Source of the DNA: Octopus vulgaris
Lineage: Eukaryota
Reading direction: 5' to 3'
NCBI GenBank assembly: GCA_951406725.2
Contig: OX597840.1
Coordinates: forward strand, 25,048,001 to 25,112,000
Length of the DNA: 64,000 nt
Below are positions 26,168 to 41,590 of this stretch, in pieces (positions within the stretch are counted from its first letter, which is position 1; every line of letters begins with the position of its first letter). The notes under the pieces are model-generated. The model did no database searches, had not been told where the DNA came from, and saw nothing but the letters and a program-made list of their open reading frames with translations. The position numbers were made by a program, and so were the translations under genes.

Positions 26168-26170
26168 ATG

Positions 26171-26410
26171 TGGGAGGTGTGTGGCCTAGTGGTTAGGGTG
26201 TCAGCATCATGATCGTAAGATCGTGCTTTCGATTCCTGGATCAGGCGACGCGTTGTGTTCTCGTGCAAAACACTTCATTTCACGTTGCTCCAGTCCCCTC
26301 AGCTGGCAAAAGGAGTAACTCTGCGATGGACTGGTATCCCATCCCAGAGGGTCGAATTTATACGACGTGGAAACCTGGAAACTGGTCCTTATGAGCCTGG
26401 CATGCTCGAG
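26171..26410 (+). mobile_element. tRNA-derived SINE family D
   Basis: gtggcctagtggttagggtg A-box, ttcgattcc B-box, caaaacacttcatttcacgttgctccagt block; paralogue at 47625-47812. Confidence 0.8.
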
Positions 26411-26431
26411 AACAAAACTTTCATTTTTTCT

Positions 26432-26491
<60 letters not shown>

Positions 26492-26535
26492 ATGAACATC
26501 TATATCTATATATATGTATACGCATACATACATAC

Positions 26536-26571
<36 letters not shown>

Positions 26572-26626
26572 GTATACGCATACTCATACACACATGCAAC
26601 AGACAGACAGACAGATTGATATACAC

Positions 26627-26673
<47 letters not shown>

Positions 26674-26720
26674 CAAACATACATCCTTATGCACTACGTT
26701 GTGGAAATACATAAATACAT

Positions 26721-26756
<36 letters not shown>

Positions 26757-26894
26757 GCATAAATATACACATATATTATGTATGTATATATATATATACT
26801 TTATGTCTATGTATAAAAGTATATATATGTACATTTGTACGTATGTATGTATGTATACATATATGTATTTGTTGGATCCACATAGAATGGATAT

Positions 26895-26982
<88 letters not shown>

Positions 26983-27655
26983 TATACAGCTAGATAGATA
27001 GATAGATAGATAGATAGACAGTTAGATATACATGCATGCACACCACATCACCGCCGTTCCTTTCCATTTTCCCTCTCTTATACCTAAATTAGGCGTCATT
27101 GTCTTCGTTCGGTTTCCTCCTCTCCAATATGATTCCCGTCCCAAAGCCTAATATTGTTATTAATATTGTTTATTTTGTGACAATGTTAAACTAAAATAAA
27201 CAAACGTGGATGATATGCTTATTTTTTTAATTTTTCCTATCAGGGATTTTAGCCAAGTACACGGGTGTGTGTCTGTGAGTAGGTATATATTAATTGACGC
27301 ATAGGTATATATGCATATACACGCAAATACACACATATATACATACATATTTACATATACTAACAGAGGCATGTATATATATATATATGTGTATGGGCGT
27401 ATAAATACTTGCATACTTTGTGTATACATATATACATACATACATATACACACACAAACAAATTTACATATACACGAATATATGCATATATATGTATATA
27501 TATATATATATATATCATATAGAGAAATATTTATATCCGTATAAATACCGCTATACAGACACACATACACATATATATGCATAACTATATGTATATATAC
27601 GTATAGATGTATATATATATATATACTATATATGCATATGTATAAATATTTTATA

Positions 27656-27715
<60 letters not shown>

Positions 27716-27751
27716 TATACTGTATATATAAATTATATATATGCCTGTGTT

Positions 27752-27783
<32 letters not shown>

Positions 27784-27804
27784 CACACACACATACAAAC
27801 AGAT

Positions 27805-27850
<46 letters not shown>

Positions 27851-28016
27851 ATTCGGTGAACGCTCAATTAGTAATAATGGCAATCTTACATATATCTGAA
27901 GAATTACTCAATACTTATTAACCATAAATTCACTAGAAGACAGTGACTTCGAACTTTCGGCCTGTTTCATGCAGCCCAGCAAAACTTAAGAGGAGAAACC
28001 ATTAAAGAATATACCG

Positions 28017-28190
28017 ATTTCTTTACTACCCACAAGGTGCCAAACACAGAGGAGACAAACAAGGACAGACAGACGGATTAAGTCGATTATATCGACCCCA
28101 GAGCGTAACTGGTACTTAATTTATCGACCCCGAAAGGATGAAAGGCAAAGTCGACCTTGGCGGAGTTTGAACTCAGAACGTAATGGCAGA
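28017..28190 (-). mobile_element. SINE B with Tx1-like tail and apparent TSD agaatatacc
   Basis: Reverse-complement match; agaatatacc at about 28006 and 28188. Confidence 0.85.
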
Positions 28191-28696
28191 ATATACCTTT
28201 AAGGAATCTGCCCTTAAATCGGAACCCTGATCAAAATTCTAGCAACAGGGGTCACTTCACTAAAGGCATCCAGAATATCAAGAGGTGGTGTTTATACGGG
28301 TGAACGGTTATGTCTACCCCCGCCCCTAAGTAGGCGATAATGGGATCGGAAAGCAGGACGCTAATACTCTCCAGTCCGACGTTCGTAGTGAGGCTGGATT
28401 CCTGCCTCTCTGGAATTGGTATTTTGGTTTTTTGTTCTTGGTTTTGTTTTTGTTGGTTCTGAAAGGATGACAAAGAAGAGATGGACTATCTATGTGTAAT
28501 ATATAAGTATGTACAACATATAAGTATATATATACTCATACACCACACATAAACACAAGCACATACACACGTATATGTAAATGTATATATGTGTATATAT
28601 GATTATAAATATATATACATACTTATATATCTCTGTGAGTGTATATCTACTTATATGTGTGTATATATGTATATATATATATATATATATGTTTAT

Positions 28697-28751
<55 letters not shown>

Positions 28752-29090
28752 GACATATATATGTATGAATGTATATATATATATATATATATGTATGTAT
28801 ATATATATATATATATATATATACACAAACACAAAGACAGACAGAGATAGACTAATTGACTGACACATGGATTGGGAGATAAATTGATGAATTGTTTACA
28901 TTTATGTATATTCACACACATATATATATATATATATATATAAATATATGAATATAAATATATATATACATACATATATAAATACAATTATACATATATA
29001 TATATAAATATATATATATATACATGCATGTATATATATATATATATTGATATATAAATAGACATATATATGTGTATGCGTCTGTGTGTT

Positions 29091-29149
<59 letters not shown>

Positions 29150-29324
29150 CATATATATCATATATAATATAATGGACATTTAATGTAATAAATGTACACA
29201 AATGTATTTTGCATAAAAATGTCACACAATATATATATATTATATATAGTATATATATATTACATAAAGATGTAGATAAAACTTAGGTAAAACCTAGATA
29301 TGTTTCGACCAAAGATTGGTCCAG

Positions 29325-29359
<35 letters not shown>

Positions 29360-29551
29360 CGTAGTAAATATTTTATATATGTGTGTGGGTGTGTATTTGG
29401 AATCGTTTTAGCAAAACTTAGAAGAAATTAAAGTATAATTATATCTTTTATTTATACTTTTTTTTAAAATTGAAAACATGGTTCAAATCTAGGTAATTGC
29501 CACGACTTACGTTCGTTCATTAAGTGAAAATTAATTAAACATATATATATT

Positions 29552-29611
<60 letters not shown>

Positions 29612-29656
29612 TACATATAAACAGTTAGATATGGATAGCTGTTTATATGTACACAC

Positions 29657-29694
<38 letters not shown>

Positions 29695-29872
29695 CGTCAT
29701 TAATATGTATATGTAATCATTATGTATATAAGTGTGCGTGTGTATATATACACTAAATATTTTATATATGCGTATATATATACATATATATATATATACA
29801 CAAGATAAGAAAATGGAGAATTGGATATATGTTATCCCATAGAGGGTTGCATTTACAACCCCTATCTCAATT

Positions 29873-29916
<44 letters not shown>

Positions 29917-30031
29917 TACATATGTTTATATACATATTCATACATATGTATACATATGTTAGATTAAAGAACCTTTTATGAGTATTACCGAATAACTTGA
30001 ATCAACTATATTATGTGTGCAGAGATGTGTG

Positions 30032-30116
<85 letters not shown>

Positions 30117-30218
30117 CTTACATATCTATTTATATGTATATATATATATATGTGTGTGTGTGTATATATATATATACACACACACATATATACATATCTA
30201 TTTTTATATATAGATATA

Positions 30219-30288
<70 letters not shown>

Positions 30289-30392
30289 CATACATACATA
30301 GATACATAGATAAATAGATTAAAAAGATATACATATGTATGCATATAGATGTATGCATATATATATGTATGCATATATATATTTATGTACAC

Positions 30393-30433
<41 letters not shown>

Positions 30434-30520
30434 CATATCTATATTTATGCATACACATATATTCGTGAATATTTACATGTATAATATATATTATGTATGT
30501 ATCACCCCACGCTCTTTCTC

Positions 30521-30570
<50 letters not shown>

Positions 30571-30974
30571 GAGAGAGAGGAAGAGAGAGAGAGATTGTGA
30601 GAAGGAGATGAAGGCATCACATCACGATGGTATTTTCCCTAGTACTCCCTCCTGTCTGCTTCTCCTCTCTCCTGTCTGCACTCTGTTCACAAGTAGGAGT
30701 ATATCCGTAACGTCATCATTTACTCTTTGCATTTTTCTAAACCCGAACTTTATCTTTTTCATTCTGATCTCTTGACTCCATTTGCCTACTTAATGTAGCC
30801 GTTATTTTGTTCTCCCTCACCCTCCCTCCTTCTCTCTCTCACTCTCCTTCTTTAATCCTGTAAATAGTGTGTCTGTGTGTGTGTAGTCGCACGTACAGAC
30901 GCATTCACACACATACGTACACACACAAACACTCATATTTTATATACGTAAACGTGAATGCATATTTATCTATC

Positions 30975-31058
<84 letters not shown>

Positions 31059-31147
31059 ATCAAGCTATCTATCTGTCTGTTTATTTATACATATATATAT
31101 ACATATATATATGTACACATTCATATATATATATGTATATGTATATA

Positions 31148-31200
<53 letters not shown>

Positions 31201-31305
31201 AGGCCACACCCGTGTATGGTCGCAGTCCAATGACTGAAACAAGTAAACGATTAGAGATTCTAAAAGATTCCCCAAGTCCGATATATATGTATATATATAC
31301 ATATG

Positions 31306-31336
<31 letters not shown>

Positions 31337-31337
31337 G

Positions 31338-31535
<198 letters not shown>

Positions 31536-31537
31536 AA

Positions 31538-31715
31538 CAGATGCTGGTGTGTTTGTGTCCTCGTCACTTAGCGGTTCGGCAAAAGAGACCGATAGAGTAA
31601 GTACTGGGCTTAGAAAGAATAAGTCCCGGGGTCGATTTGCTCGACTAAAGGCGGTGCTCCAGCATGGCCGCAGTCAAACTGACTGAAACAAGTAAAAAAG
31701 AGAGTAAAAAGAGAG
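31538..31715 (+). mobile_element. SINE A 3' half
   Basis: gatgctggtgtgttt...gactgaaacaagtaaaa. Confidence 0.85.
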
Positions 31716-32675
31716 TGTCTGACTGCTATTTCTAATTCTTTCGGTATGCGGCAAAGCAACCTGTTGCCTGCCCTTCTACTTATATATATATATATAGATA
31801 GATAGATAGATAGATAGATATAGATGAAACTTACTTGGAACAGGATGCATGGCGTTCAATCATCTAATAATATAAATAGTATATATATATATATATACGT
31901 AAGTACGAATATATATATAAATAGTATATATATATATATATATATACGTAAGTACGTATATATATATATATATATACGTAAGTACGTATATGTACATACT
32001 TACATCTATGCGTATATATATGCGTATGTGGGTACAGGACATCACGAAACGTGTACAACAAAAAATACGAAGTACGAGTACATGGAATATAAACTATTTT
32101 TTCGAACAACAATATGTATCTGTGTGTGTGTATCTGTGTGTATGTGTATGTATGTATGTATGTATGTATGTATGTATGTATGTATGTATGTATGTATGTA
32201 TGTATGTATGTATGTTTGTTTGTATGTATGTATGTATGTATGTATGTATGTATGTATGTGTGTGTGTGTATGTATATATGTATGTATGTATGTATGTATG
32301 TTTGTTTGTATGTATGTGATTCAGATGATGGCAACCACTTCAAATCCCTCATTCATCATTCATCTAATGCCACATATCAGAGGCGGTTTCAATTAGTGAC
32401 ATCTTGGCAAAACTAACAACAGTGCCCCAGCATGGCCGCATGTCCTCAACTTAACCATTTATATATATGTGTGTGTGTGTATACGCACGCATACGTGAAG
32501 GTGTCGCTTGACTGACTTTTGTTATACATCCATACGTGATTCTGTTATCCTGAATGTGCATACGGGTATAGCTATCCGGGGTACCTCTTATATGTGTGCT
32601 TTTATTGGTTACAATTGTCAGCATGCACATTTGAGTGCGTCTGTATTTATACTTGAGTGCACGTATGTGTGTGTG

Positions 32676-32713
<38 letters not shown>

Positions 32714-32776
32714 GCTGTTAATGACTTCGAAGTTTCGGCCAGCTAAGCCATCGTCCAGCTAATATATGTATATCTA

Positions 32777-32859
<83 letters not shown>

Positions 32860-32874
32860 TTTCCTACACACACA

Positions 32875-33032
<158 letters not shown>

Positions 33033-33053
33033 TATACATATACATATATATAC

Positions 33054-33096
<43 letters not shown>

Positions 33097-33149
33097 TATA
33101 CATATATATACATATATATATATATACATACATATATATATATATATGC

Positions 33150-33202
<53 letters not shown>

Positions 33203-33267
33203 CACATATATACATACATACCTACATACATACATACATGCATGCATACATACATATATATATATAC

Positions 33268-33317
<50 letters not shown>

Positions 33318-33319
33318 GG

Positions 33320-33490
33320 TTGTCGGTATTTCGTTCGTCTGTGCGTTCTGAGTTCAAATTCCTCCGATGTTGACTTAACCTTTCATCCTTTCGGTGTCGA
33401 TACAATAACCACCAGTTGAGTCCTAGAGGTCGATGTAATCGACTTAGCCCCACCCCTGTAATTACTGGCCGTGGTGCCAAATTTCGGACT
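33320..33490 (+). mobile_element. SINE B, diverged, alternative tail
   Basis: ggtatttcg...gttctgagttcaaattcc...ctggccgtggtgccaaa. Confidence 0.75.
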
Positions 33491-33492
33491 CA

Positions 33493-33527
<35 letters not shown>

Positions 33528-33914
33528 CGGAAAAGAGATTTGCCTAGTGGGGTACACACCCAGGATATCCAAATCGCTTTTGTTGCCCACCAAATGCCTT
33601 TAGGGTGTGTGCTTGCACCCCCTGTTCACGTGCTTGTGTGTGTGTGTGTGAGTTTGTCAACGTACATAAACATAGATGCAGATATTTTGGTAAGATGTAT
33701 TATTTAGGTTTTTTTCTTTTCTTTTCGAGATCACGGAAGCGGAAACTGGCATATGTATGTATGTGTGTATGTGTACATGTATTATTTTTTGTGTATGTAT
33801 GTGACGTATCTGTTTACATATGTATGCATACATGTATGTATGTATTTACATGCATGTGTGTATGTACGCATGTATGTATTTATATAGATAGATAGATATA
33901 TAGATGGATAGATG

Positions 33915-33962
<48 letters not shown>

Positions 33963-34070
33963 GATAGATAGATGGATGGATGGATTGTCTCCTCTATGTT
34001 TAGCCCCTTGTGGGTAATAAAGAAATAGGATAGATGGATGGATGGATATATATATATATATATATATAGT

Positions 34071-34116
<46 letters not shown>

Positions 34117-34391
34117 CCTAGATAAATAGATAGCATATATGTGCACACACACGCACACACTCCCATACACACACTGACTCACTCACATGCTTATACATAC
34201 AATGGAAATTTTGGTCAACCCCGACCTGGGTCCTCAGCAGAAAATTCTTGTCCCTGGTTGTCACGTGTTGGCGAAAGCTCATAAATCTTATTCTCTCCTA
34301 ATGACATTTTTGGACCAGCTGATATTTCATGTGGTTCACAGCCAGGTGTTTTTACCTGCGTCTTCACGTCTCTTACCCCCTTCTCTCTCTT

Positions 34392-34529
<138 letters not shown>

Positions 34530-34574
34530 CCTACCTATATATACGTATGTATATTTATATCTATATATACATGT

Positions 34575-34860
34575 CTGGTAGAGAGGCAAGTTTTGTCTAG
34601 GGAATGTTTCAAAAAAAGATGGGTGAATGTAGCAAGGATGGCACATATGAATGACGACGCCACCTTGAGCATAAACCCGGAAAAATTTAAAACAGAGAGT
34701 TACTTACTTGCAAATAACATGTGACATGTTAACATGTGGCATTATTGACCGAGGTTACCGTAGTCTTTTCCGTAGGCTTTTCTTTCCACGGATAAACCTT
34801 ATCTGCTTCCCCCTTTACACTTTACATCATGACACTTCTGTGATACACGATCCCTGTTGA
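34575..34860 (+). mobile_element. Older diverged Tx1-like LINE 3' fragment
   Basis: VERQVLSRECFKKRWVNVARMAHMNDDATLSI plus a 3' UTR homologous to 15001-15295. Confidence 0.85.
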
Positions 34861-34981
34861 TCGTACAGTCCGATTATGGATTAGCTGGCCAATAAATATA
34901 TTGATTAATCCTTGAAATTAATTAGTAGAAAATTGCTTTTATTATAACATAAAAGCAAACATATATATGCCTGTGCGTGTG

Positions 34982-35019
<38 letters not shown>

Positions 35020-35064
35020 ACATTTACATATATATATAACTATATATTAATATATAAATGTATG

Positions 35065-35111
<47 letters not shown>

Positions 35112-35204
35112 TTACACACACATACATTCATCTAATGCATGTGCGTCTGTCCCCCCTCTCGCTTTCTCCTTTCTGTGTGTGTATGTAGGTATGTATGTAT
35201 ACAA

Positions 35205-35360
35205 CGAGCCTCTTTCAGTTTCTGTCTACCAAATCCACTCACAAGACTTCCTTCAGCTCAAGGCTACAGTAGAAGATGCTTGCCCAAGGTGCCACACAGT
35301 AGGACTGAACCCGGAACCATGTGGTTGGGAAGCGAGCTTCTTACCACATAGCCACGCCTG
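35205..35360 (-). mobile_element. SINE A 5' half, diverged
   Basis: Reverse complement of the head. Confidence 0.75.
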
Positions 35361-35729
35361 CTTGTATATAGGTATGCATGTATGTACGTACGTATGTATG
35401 TATGTATGTATGCATGGATGCAGGATATGTGTCGACATGTGTTGAGTGTGAAAGGGCTTGTAAATCATCTGAGAGGTCATAGATGGAACGTCAGTGATGC
35501 TACTGACAACGAGGATGCTCAGAGGGAGCCTGGCATTCACCATGTATCCAGGATATATTTCGTATCTGACCAAGCAACGCCAACCCTTAGCCATGAGGAT
35601 TTCTTTCCAGTCACTACAAATTTCTATATTCAAATTCTAAGTAAACATCAACATTTTCCCAAAAGTTACAAGTTTTATTGGTGCTTCAATTAAAATTCAT
35701 ACTTCTTGAAGATTGTTTGAATTCCTACA

Positions 35730-35929
35730 ATGACACGTCAGCGTGCCATGACTGACCGCTAAATCCACAAGTTCTTTTTATTCTCTCTCTGTTTATTTCA
35801 TCGTGTTCCTTTCTGTTGAAGAGCGTAGGCTCGAAATGTAAAAGACTGTCTCACCTTTCCAAGCGTTAAACTAATACATCTCCTAGTTGTTTACACACCT
35901 GTCTTCGTCTTCTGTTTTTCTGTAAATTT

Positions 35930-35930
<1 letters not shown>
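35730..35930 (+). mobile_element. Small repeat with degenerate hammerhead (paralogue of 60445-60590)
   Basis: cttt ctgttga a gagc gtag gctc gaaatgta aaag ... ctaatacatc...acacctgtcttcgtc, ending at (TA)n. Confidence 0.55.
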
Positions 35931-36013
<83 letters not shown>

Positions 36014-36014
36014 G

Positions 36015-36080
<66 letters not shown>

Positions 36081-36127
36081 CATATATATATACATATATA
36101 TTATATATGAAGGAATATATATATATG

Positions 36128-36215
<88 letters not shown>

Positions 36216-36675
36216 ATTATTCAGTTTTATTTCAAGATTTCTTGCCAATTGAGAAAGAGACGGTTTCTAACCTATATCCAAGCTCCTTCATTGGAATTTC
36301 AACGTCAACATGTGTGTATGCATGTATGTGTGTATGTATGTATGTATGTATGTATGTATGTATGTATGTATGTATGTATGTATGTATGCATGTATGCATG
36401 TATGTATGTATGTATGTATGTATGTATGTGTATGTGTGTATGTATGTATGTATGTATGTGTGTATGTATGTGTGTATGTATGTATGTGTGTATGTATGTA
36501 TGTATGTATGTATGCATGCATGTATGCATGCATGCATGTATGTATGTGTGTATGTGTGTATGTATGTATGTATGTATGTATGTATGTATGTGTGTATGTA
36601 TGTATGTATGTATGTATGTGTTGTATTTATGTATGTATGTATGTATGTATGTATGTATGTATGTATGTATGTATG

Positions 36676-36706
<31 letters not shown>

Positions 36707-36805
36707 GTATGTATGTATTTATGTACGTATGTATGTATGTATGTATGTATGTATGTATGTATGTATGTATGTGTATGTATGTATGTATGTATGTATGTAT
36801 GTATG

Positions 36806-36836
<31 letters not shown>

Positions 36837-37396
36837 GTATGTATGTATTTATGTATGTATGTATGTATGTATGTATGTTATGTATGTATGTATGTATGTA
36901 TGTATGTATATATTCTCTTCGTGAACGGAATTCTGAAGTCTGTTTTGACAAGCCACCTGCTCGGTGAAAAAATTGTAAAGAAATATTTCCACGAAAGAGT
37001 AAGAAAAAAAGCAAAGTTCTTTTCGTCACTCTACATAGAACTATTCACACTTTACATTTCACATTTTGCATTGTCCCAAGCATGGTAATCATCTGTGCTG
37101 TATGTACTGTGGTACTACGTTTTTGCTACAAGAACCAAAGATCATTGCAATTTTTATCCCAGCTGGTTGGTTAGCTTGATGGATGGATTGATGGATGGAT
37201 GGATGGATGGATGGATGTGATATTTCTTGTCTCGAAGCAATTTGTATTTTTTGAAGACTGTTTAAAGAAAGTACATTGTGATTCCACTTCAATCGTCCGC
37301 AGAAATCTTATTTCATTCATATGTGTTTGTGTCAATTAATTTTATGTTTTGTGACTGTCTATGTATGTATGTATGCATGTATGTATGTATACATGG

Positions 37397-37498
<102 letters not shown>

Positions 37499-37565
37499 GA
37501 TGAAATATACGAGAATGTATTATTAATTAAGACAATTATTTCGACACATCTAGCATCGATCCGTC

Positions 37566-37620
<55 letters not shown>

Positions 37621-37739
37621 TATGTGTATATACATGAATATGTGTATATAGAAGACATTTGCGCAAGGTGTCACGCAGTGGGACTGAACACAAGAACGTA
37701 GGAGTGAATCAAGCTTCTTAATACACCGATACACGTATA

Positions 37740-37802
<63 letters not shown>

Positions 37803-37900
37803 ACACACACAAATAGACATATATATAGGTTAAATATAAAATTATAAATTACGATTTTAAAAGGAGGCATTGATATATACACATACATATATATATATAC

Positions 37901-37954
<54 letters not shown>

Positions 37955-37957
<3 letters not shown>

Positions 37958-38065
37958 AGATTGAATTGATATATCGGTTCCATTCTAGCAAAAACTGTCT
38001 GATGAACGGCAACGAGAAACTCAGAGTAACAGATTTTGTTGAATTTTCTGCTGCTTTAAATAAAG
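37955..38065 (+). mobile_element. Penelope-like element copy with hammerhead (37986-38041)
   Basis: Hammerhead identical to 12943-12998; (TA)n on both sides. Confidence 0.75.
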
Positions 38066-38085
38066 TATATATATATAGAGAGAGC

Positions 38086-38133
<48 letters not shown>

Positions 38134-38475
38134 CATATATATACACATATATATGCATGCATATTCATCGCACTTGGTCTTGCAAGCTGAGTAGCGTACG
38201 GTTTCGCTGAGGAGGTGTAATAAGATTGAAACATGTCTGTTGTTTTTTCCCCGTTGGCTCTAAAGGCACGATCCGTTCTCGTCTCTGTTTTCCACGTTTC
38301 CACTCCTCCACGAACAACTGAATTTATTACCGTATTCGTTGTATCTGCGTGTGAATATGTGTGTGAATCTGTGTGTTGGCCGCTTGCTTGCTTGCTTCGT
38401 TGTGTGTGTGTGTGTATGTATGGTTCTGTGTTTTATGTGCACTAAGTGACATTATAGATGTACGAAATGGATATT

Positions 38476-38512
<37 letters not shown>

Positions 38513-38597
38513 GTCCGTGTCCTGTTATCAGTAACTTTTTGAAACTTGAGATGGTGTGATGTAAACCATTAGACTTCTCTCGCGCACCTGTGCTTTT

Positions 38598-38860
38598 TAT
38601 TATTATTATTATTATTATTACTATTATTTTTGGTGGTGGTGGTGGTGATAGTGGTTGTGGTGGTGGTGGTGGTTGTGGTGGTGCTGGTGGTGGTGCTGGT
38701 GCTGGTGGTGGTGCCGGTGGCGGCGCCGGTGGCGGCGGCGGCGGTGGTGGTGGTGGTGGTGGTGGTGGTGGTGGTGGTGGTGCTGATGGTGGTGCTGGTG
38801 GTGCTGGTGGTGCTGATGGTGGTGCTGGTGGTGGTGCTGGTGCTGGTGCTGGTGGTGGTA
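38598..38860. repeat. (ATT)n + (GGT/GGC/GCT)n microsatellite
   Basis: Direct reading; similar tract at 43848-44210. Confidence 0.9.
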
Positions 38861-39172
38861 TTCTATGATTGTCCGTACGTGACGGCACCTCCTACTGCCA
38901 CTCTATTGGAATAATTTCATTGTAAATCTTCTCAGTTCCGTGTATATTGTTGCCGTTGTCAATGTTGTTGTTGCTGTTGTTGTTGCTGTTGTTGTGACTG
39001 TTTTGTATGCCAAGGTGGGTTCATCCATAATTTATTCTTGCAAATGACTGCTCGCCAGTCTTATTTGGGGTACGACAAGAAAACCAAACAGAAATATCAT
39101 TACAGACGGAAAAGTCGGTGAAAATGAACTTCGCGGTATTGAGTTGCGTTTCTTTACATTCGGGGTTCAAGC

Positions 39173-40622
39173 GGCTAAACACAGAGGGGACAAACAAGGA
39201 CAGACAAAGGGATTAAGTCGATTACATCGACTCCAGTGCGAAACTGGTACTTTATTTATCGACCCCGAAAGTATGAAAGGCAAAGTCGACCTCGGAGGAA
39301 TTTGAACTCACAATGTAACAGCAGACGAAATTCCTATTTCTTTACTACCCAAAAGGGGCTAAACACAGAGAGGACAAACAAGGACAGACAAAGGGATTAA
39401 GTCGATTACATCGACTCCAGTGCGAAACTGGTACTTTATTTATCGACCCCGAAAGGTATGAAAGGCAAAGTCGACCTCGGAGGAATTTGAACTCACAATG
39501 TAACAGCAGACGAAATTCCTATTTCTTTACTACCCAAAAGGGGCTAAACACAGAGAGGACAAACAAGGACAGACAAAGGGATTAAGTCGATTACATCGAC
39601 TCCAGTACGAAACTGGTACTTTATTTATCGACCCCGAAAGGATGAAAGGCAAAGTCGACCTCGGAGGAATTTGAACTCACAATGTAACAGCAGACGAAAT
39701 TCCTATTTCTTTACTACCCACAAGGGGCTAAACACAGAGAGGACAAACAAGGACAGACAAAGGGATTAAGTCGATTACATCGACTCCAGTGCGAAACTGG
39801 TACTTTATTTATCGACCCCGAAAGGATGAAAGGCAAAGTCGACCTCGGAGGAATTTGAACTCACAATGTAACAGCAGACGAAATTCCTATTTCTTTACTA
39901 CCCAAAAGGGGCTAAACACAGAGGGGACAAACAAGGACAGACAAAGGGGTTAAGTCGATTACATCGACTCCAGTGCGAAACTGGTACTTTATTTATCGAC
40001 CCCGAAAGGATGAAAGGCAAAGTCGACCTCGGCGGAATTTGAACTCACAACGTAACAGCAGACGAAATTCCTATTTCTTTACTACCCACAAGGGGCTAAA
40101 CACAGAGAGGACAAACAAGGACAGACAAAGGGATTAAGTCGATTACATCGACTCCAGTGCGAAACTGGTACTTTATTTATCGACCCCGAAAGGATGAAAG
40201 GCAAAGTCGACCTCGGAGGAATTTGAACTCACAATGTAACAGCAGACGAAATTCCTATTTCTTTACTACCCACAAGGGGCTAAACACAGAGAGGACAAAC
40301 AAGGACAGACAAAGGGATTAAGTCGATTACATCGACTCCAGTGCGAAACTGGTACTTTATTTATCGACCCCGAAAGGATGAAAGGCAAAGTCGACCTCGG
40401 AGGAATTTGAACTCACAATGTAACAGCAGACGAAATTCCTATTTCTTTACTACCCACAAGGGGCTAAACACAGAGAGGACAAACAAGGACAGACAAAGGG
40501 ATTAAGTCGATTACATCGACTCCAGTACGAAACTGGTACTTTATTTATCGACCCCGAAAGGATGAAAGGCAAAGTCGACCTCGGTGGAATTTGAACTCAG
40601 AACGAATTCAGACGAAATACCG
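39173..40622 (-). repeat. Tandem array of ~8 x 184-bp SINE B units
   Basis: aaacacagag recurs at 39177, 39361, 39546, 39730, 39914, 40098, 40282 and 40466; units nearly identical. Confidence 0.95.
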
Positions 40623-40860
40623 CGGGTTCGAATCACAGACCGGGCGATGTATGTGTTTATGAGCGAAAACACCTAAGCTCCACGTGGATATTCTATCAGA
40701 ACAAACTTTATTGCAGTAGATACAATGAGAGGAAGTCCCATATACGCTTTTGGTGCAAAATGCACTCTTCTTTATATTACTGATGGGGAGAGAGAAAAAG
40801 ACATAAGCAAGAATGCAGTTTAGTCTATTCTTAACAGAGCGTCCACGTTTAAGTGGGGAT

Positions 40861-41022
40861 AGGAGTGGCTGTGTGGTAAGTAGCTTGCTTACCAACCACA
40901 TGGTTCTGGGTTCAGTCCCACTGCGTGGCATCTTGGGCAAGTGTCTTCTGCTATAGCCCCGGGCCGACCAATGCCTTGTGAGTGGATTTGGTAGACGGAA
41001 ACTGAAAGAAGCCCGTCGTATA

Positions 41023-41075
<53 letters not shown>

Positions 41076-41292
41076 TTGTGTGTCTGTGTTTGTCCCCCCG
41101 CCATCGCTTGACAACCGATGCTGGTGTGTTTACGTCCCCGTCACTTAGAGGTTCGGCAAAAGAGACCGATAGAATAAGTACTGGGCTTACAAAGAATAAG
41201 TCCCGGGGTCGAGTTGCTCGATTAAAGGCGGTGCTCCAGCATGGCCGCAGTCAAATGACTGAAACAAAAGAGTAAAAGAGTAAAAAGAGTAA
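40861..41292 (+). mobile_element. SINE A, full length
   Basis: Matches the consensus. Confidence 0.92.
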
Positions 41293-41302
41293 ATGTTTTT
41301 TT

Positions 41303-41590
41303 TTACGCCCCTTTCAAGCCTAACCAAGGCTCATGCGCCCGGTTTCCCAGTTTCTGTGGCGTATGTGCTCCCCCCAGCTGGAGGGGACGCCAGTCCATCG
41401 CAGCGTTACTCAAGAAACAGGAAGAAAGAGTGAGGGTACAACAGGGGTCGCCAGCACCCCCTGATGGAGCCTCGTGGAGCTTTAGGTGTTTTCGCTCAAT
41501 AACCACACGCAACGCCCGGTCTGGGAATCGAACCCCCGATCGTCCGACCGCGAGTCCGCTGCCCTAACCACTGGCCCATTGCGTCTCCAC
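41303..41590 (-). mobile_element. SINE with family C head and family D-type tail
   Basis: Head gtggagacgcaatgggccagtggttagggcagcggactcgcgg; tail gaaaccgggcgcatgagccttggttaggcttgaaaggggcg. Confidence 0.8.

Noticed and set aside
28252-28473. Unique-looking 73-aa ORF; likewise 23195-23486 and 37956-38445
   Set aside because: No recognisable motif or convincing splice-site pair; partly repeat-derived
35420-35640. Possible RTE LINE C-terminal zinc finger (CRHVLSVKGLVNHLRGH)
   Set aside because: Too short and degenerate to call without a search
39173-40622. Regular repeat arrays (also 8.8, 10.0 and 49.7 kb) as CRISPR arrays
   Set aside because: Units are contiguous with no unique spacers, there are no cas genes, and the context is eukaryotic
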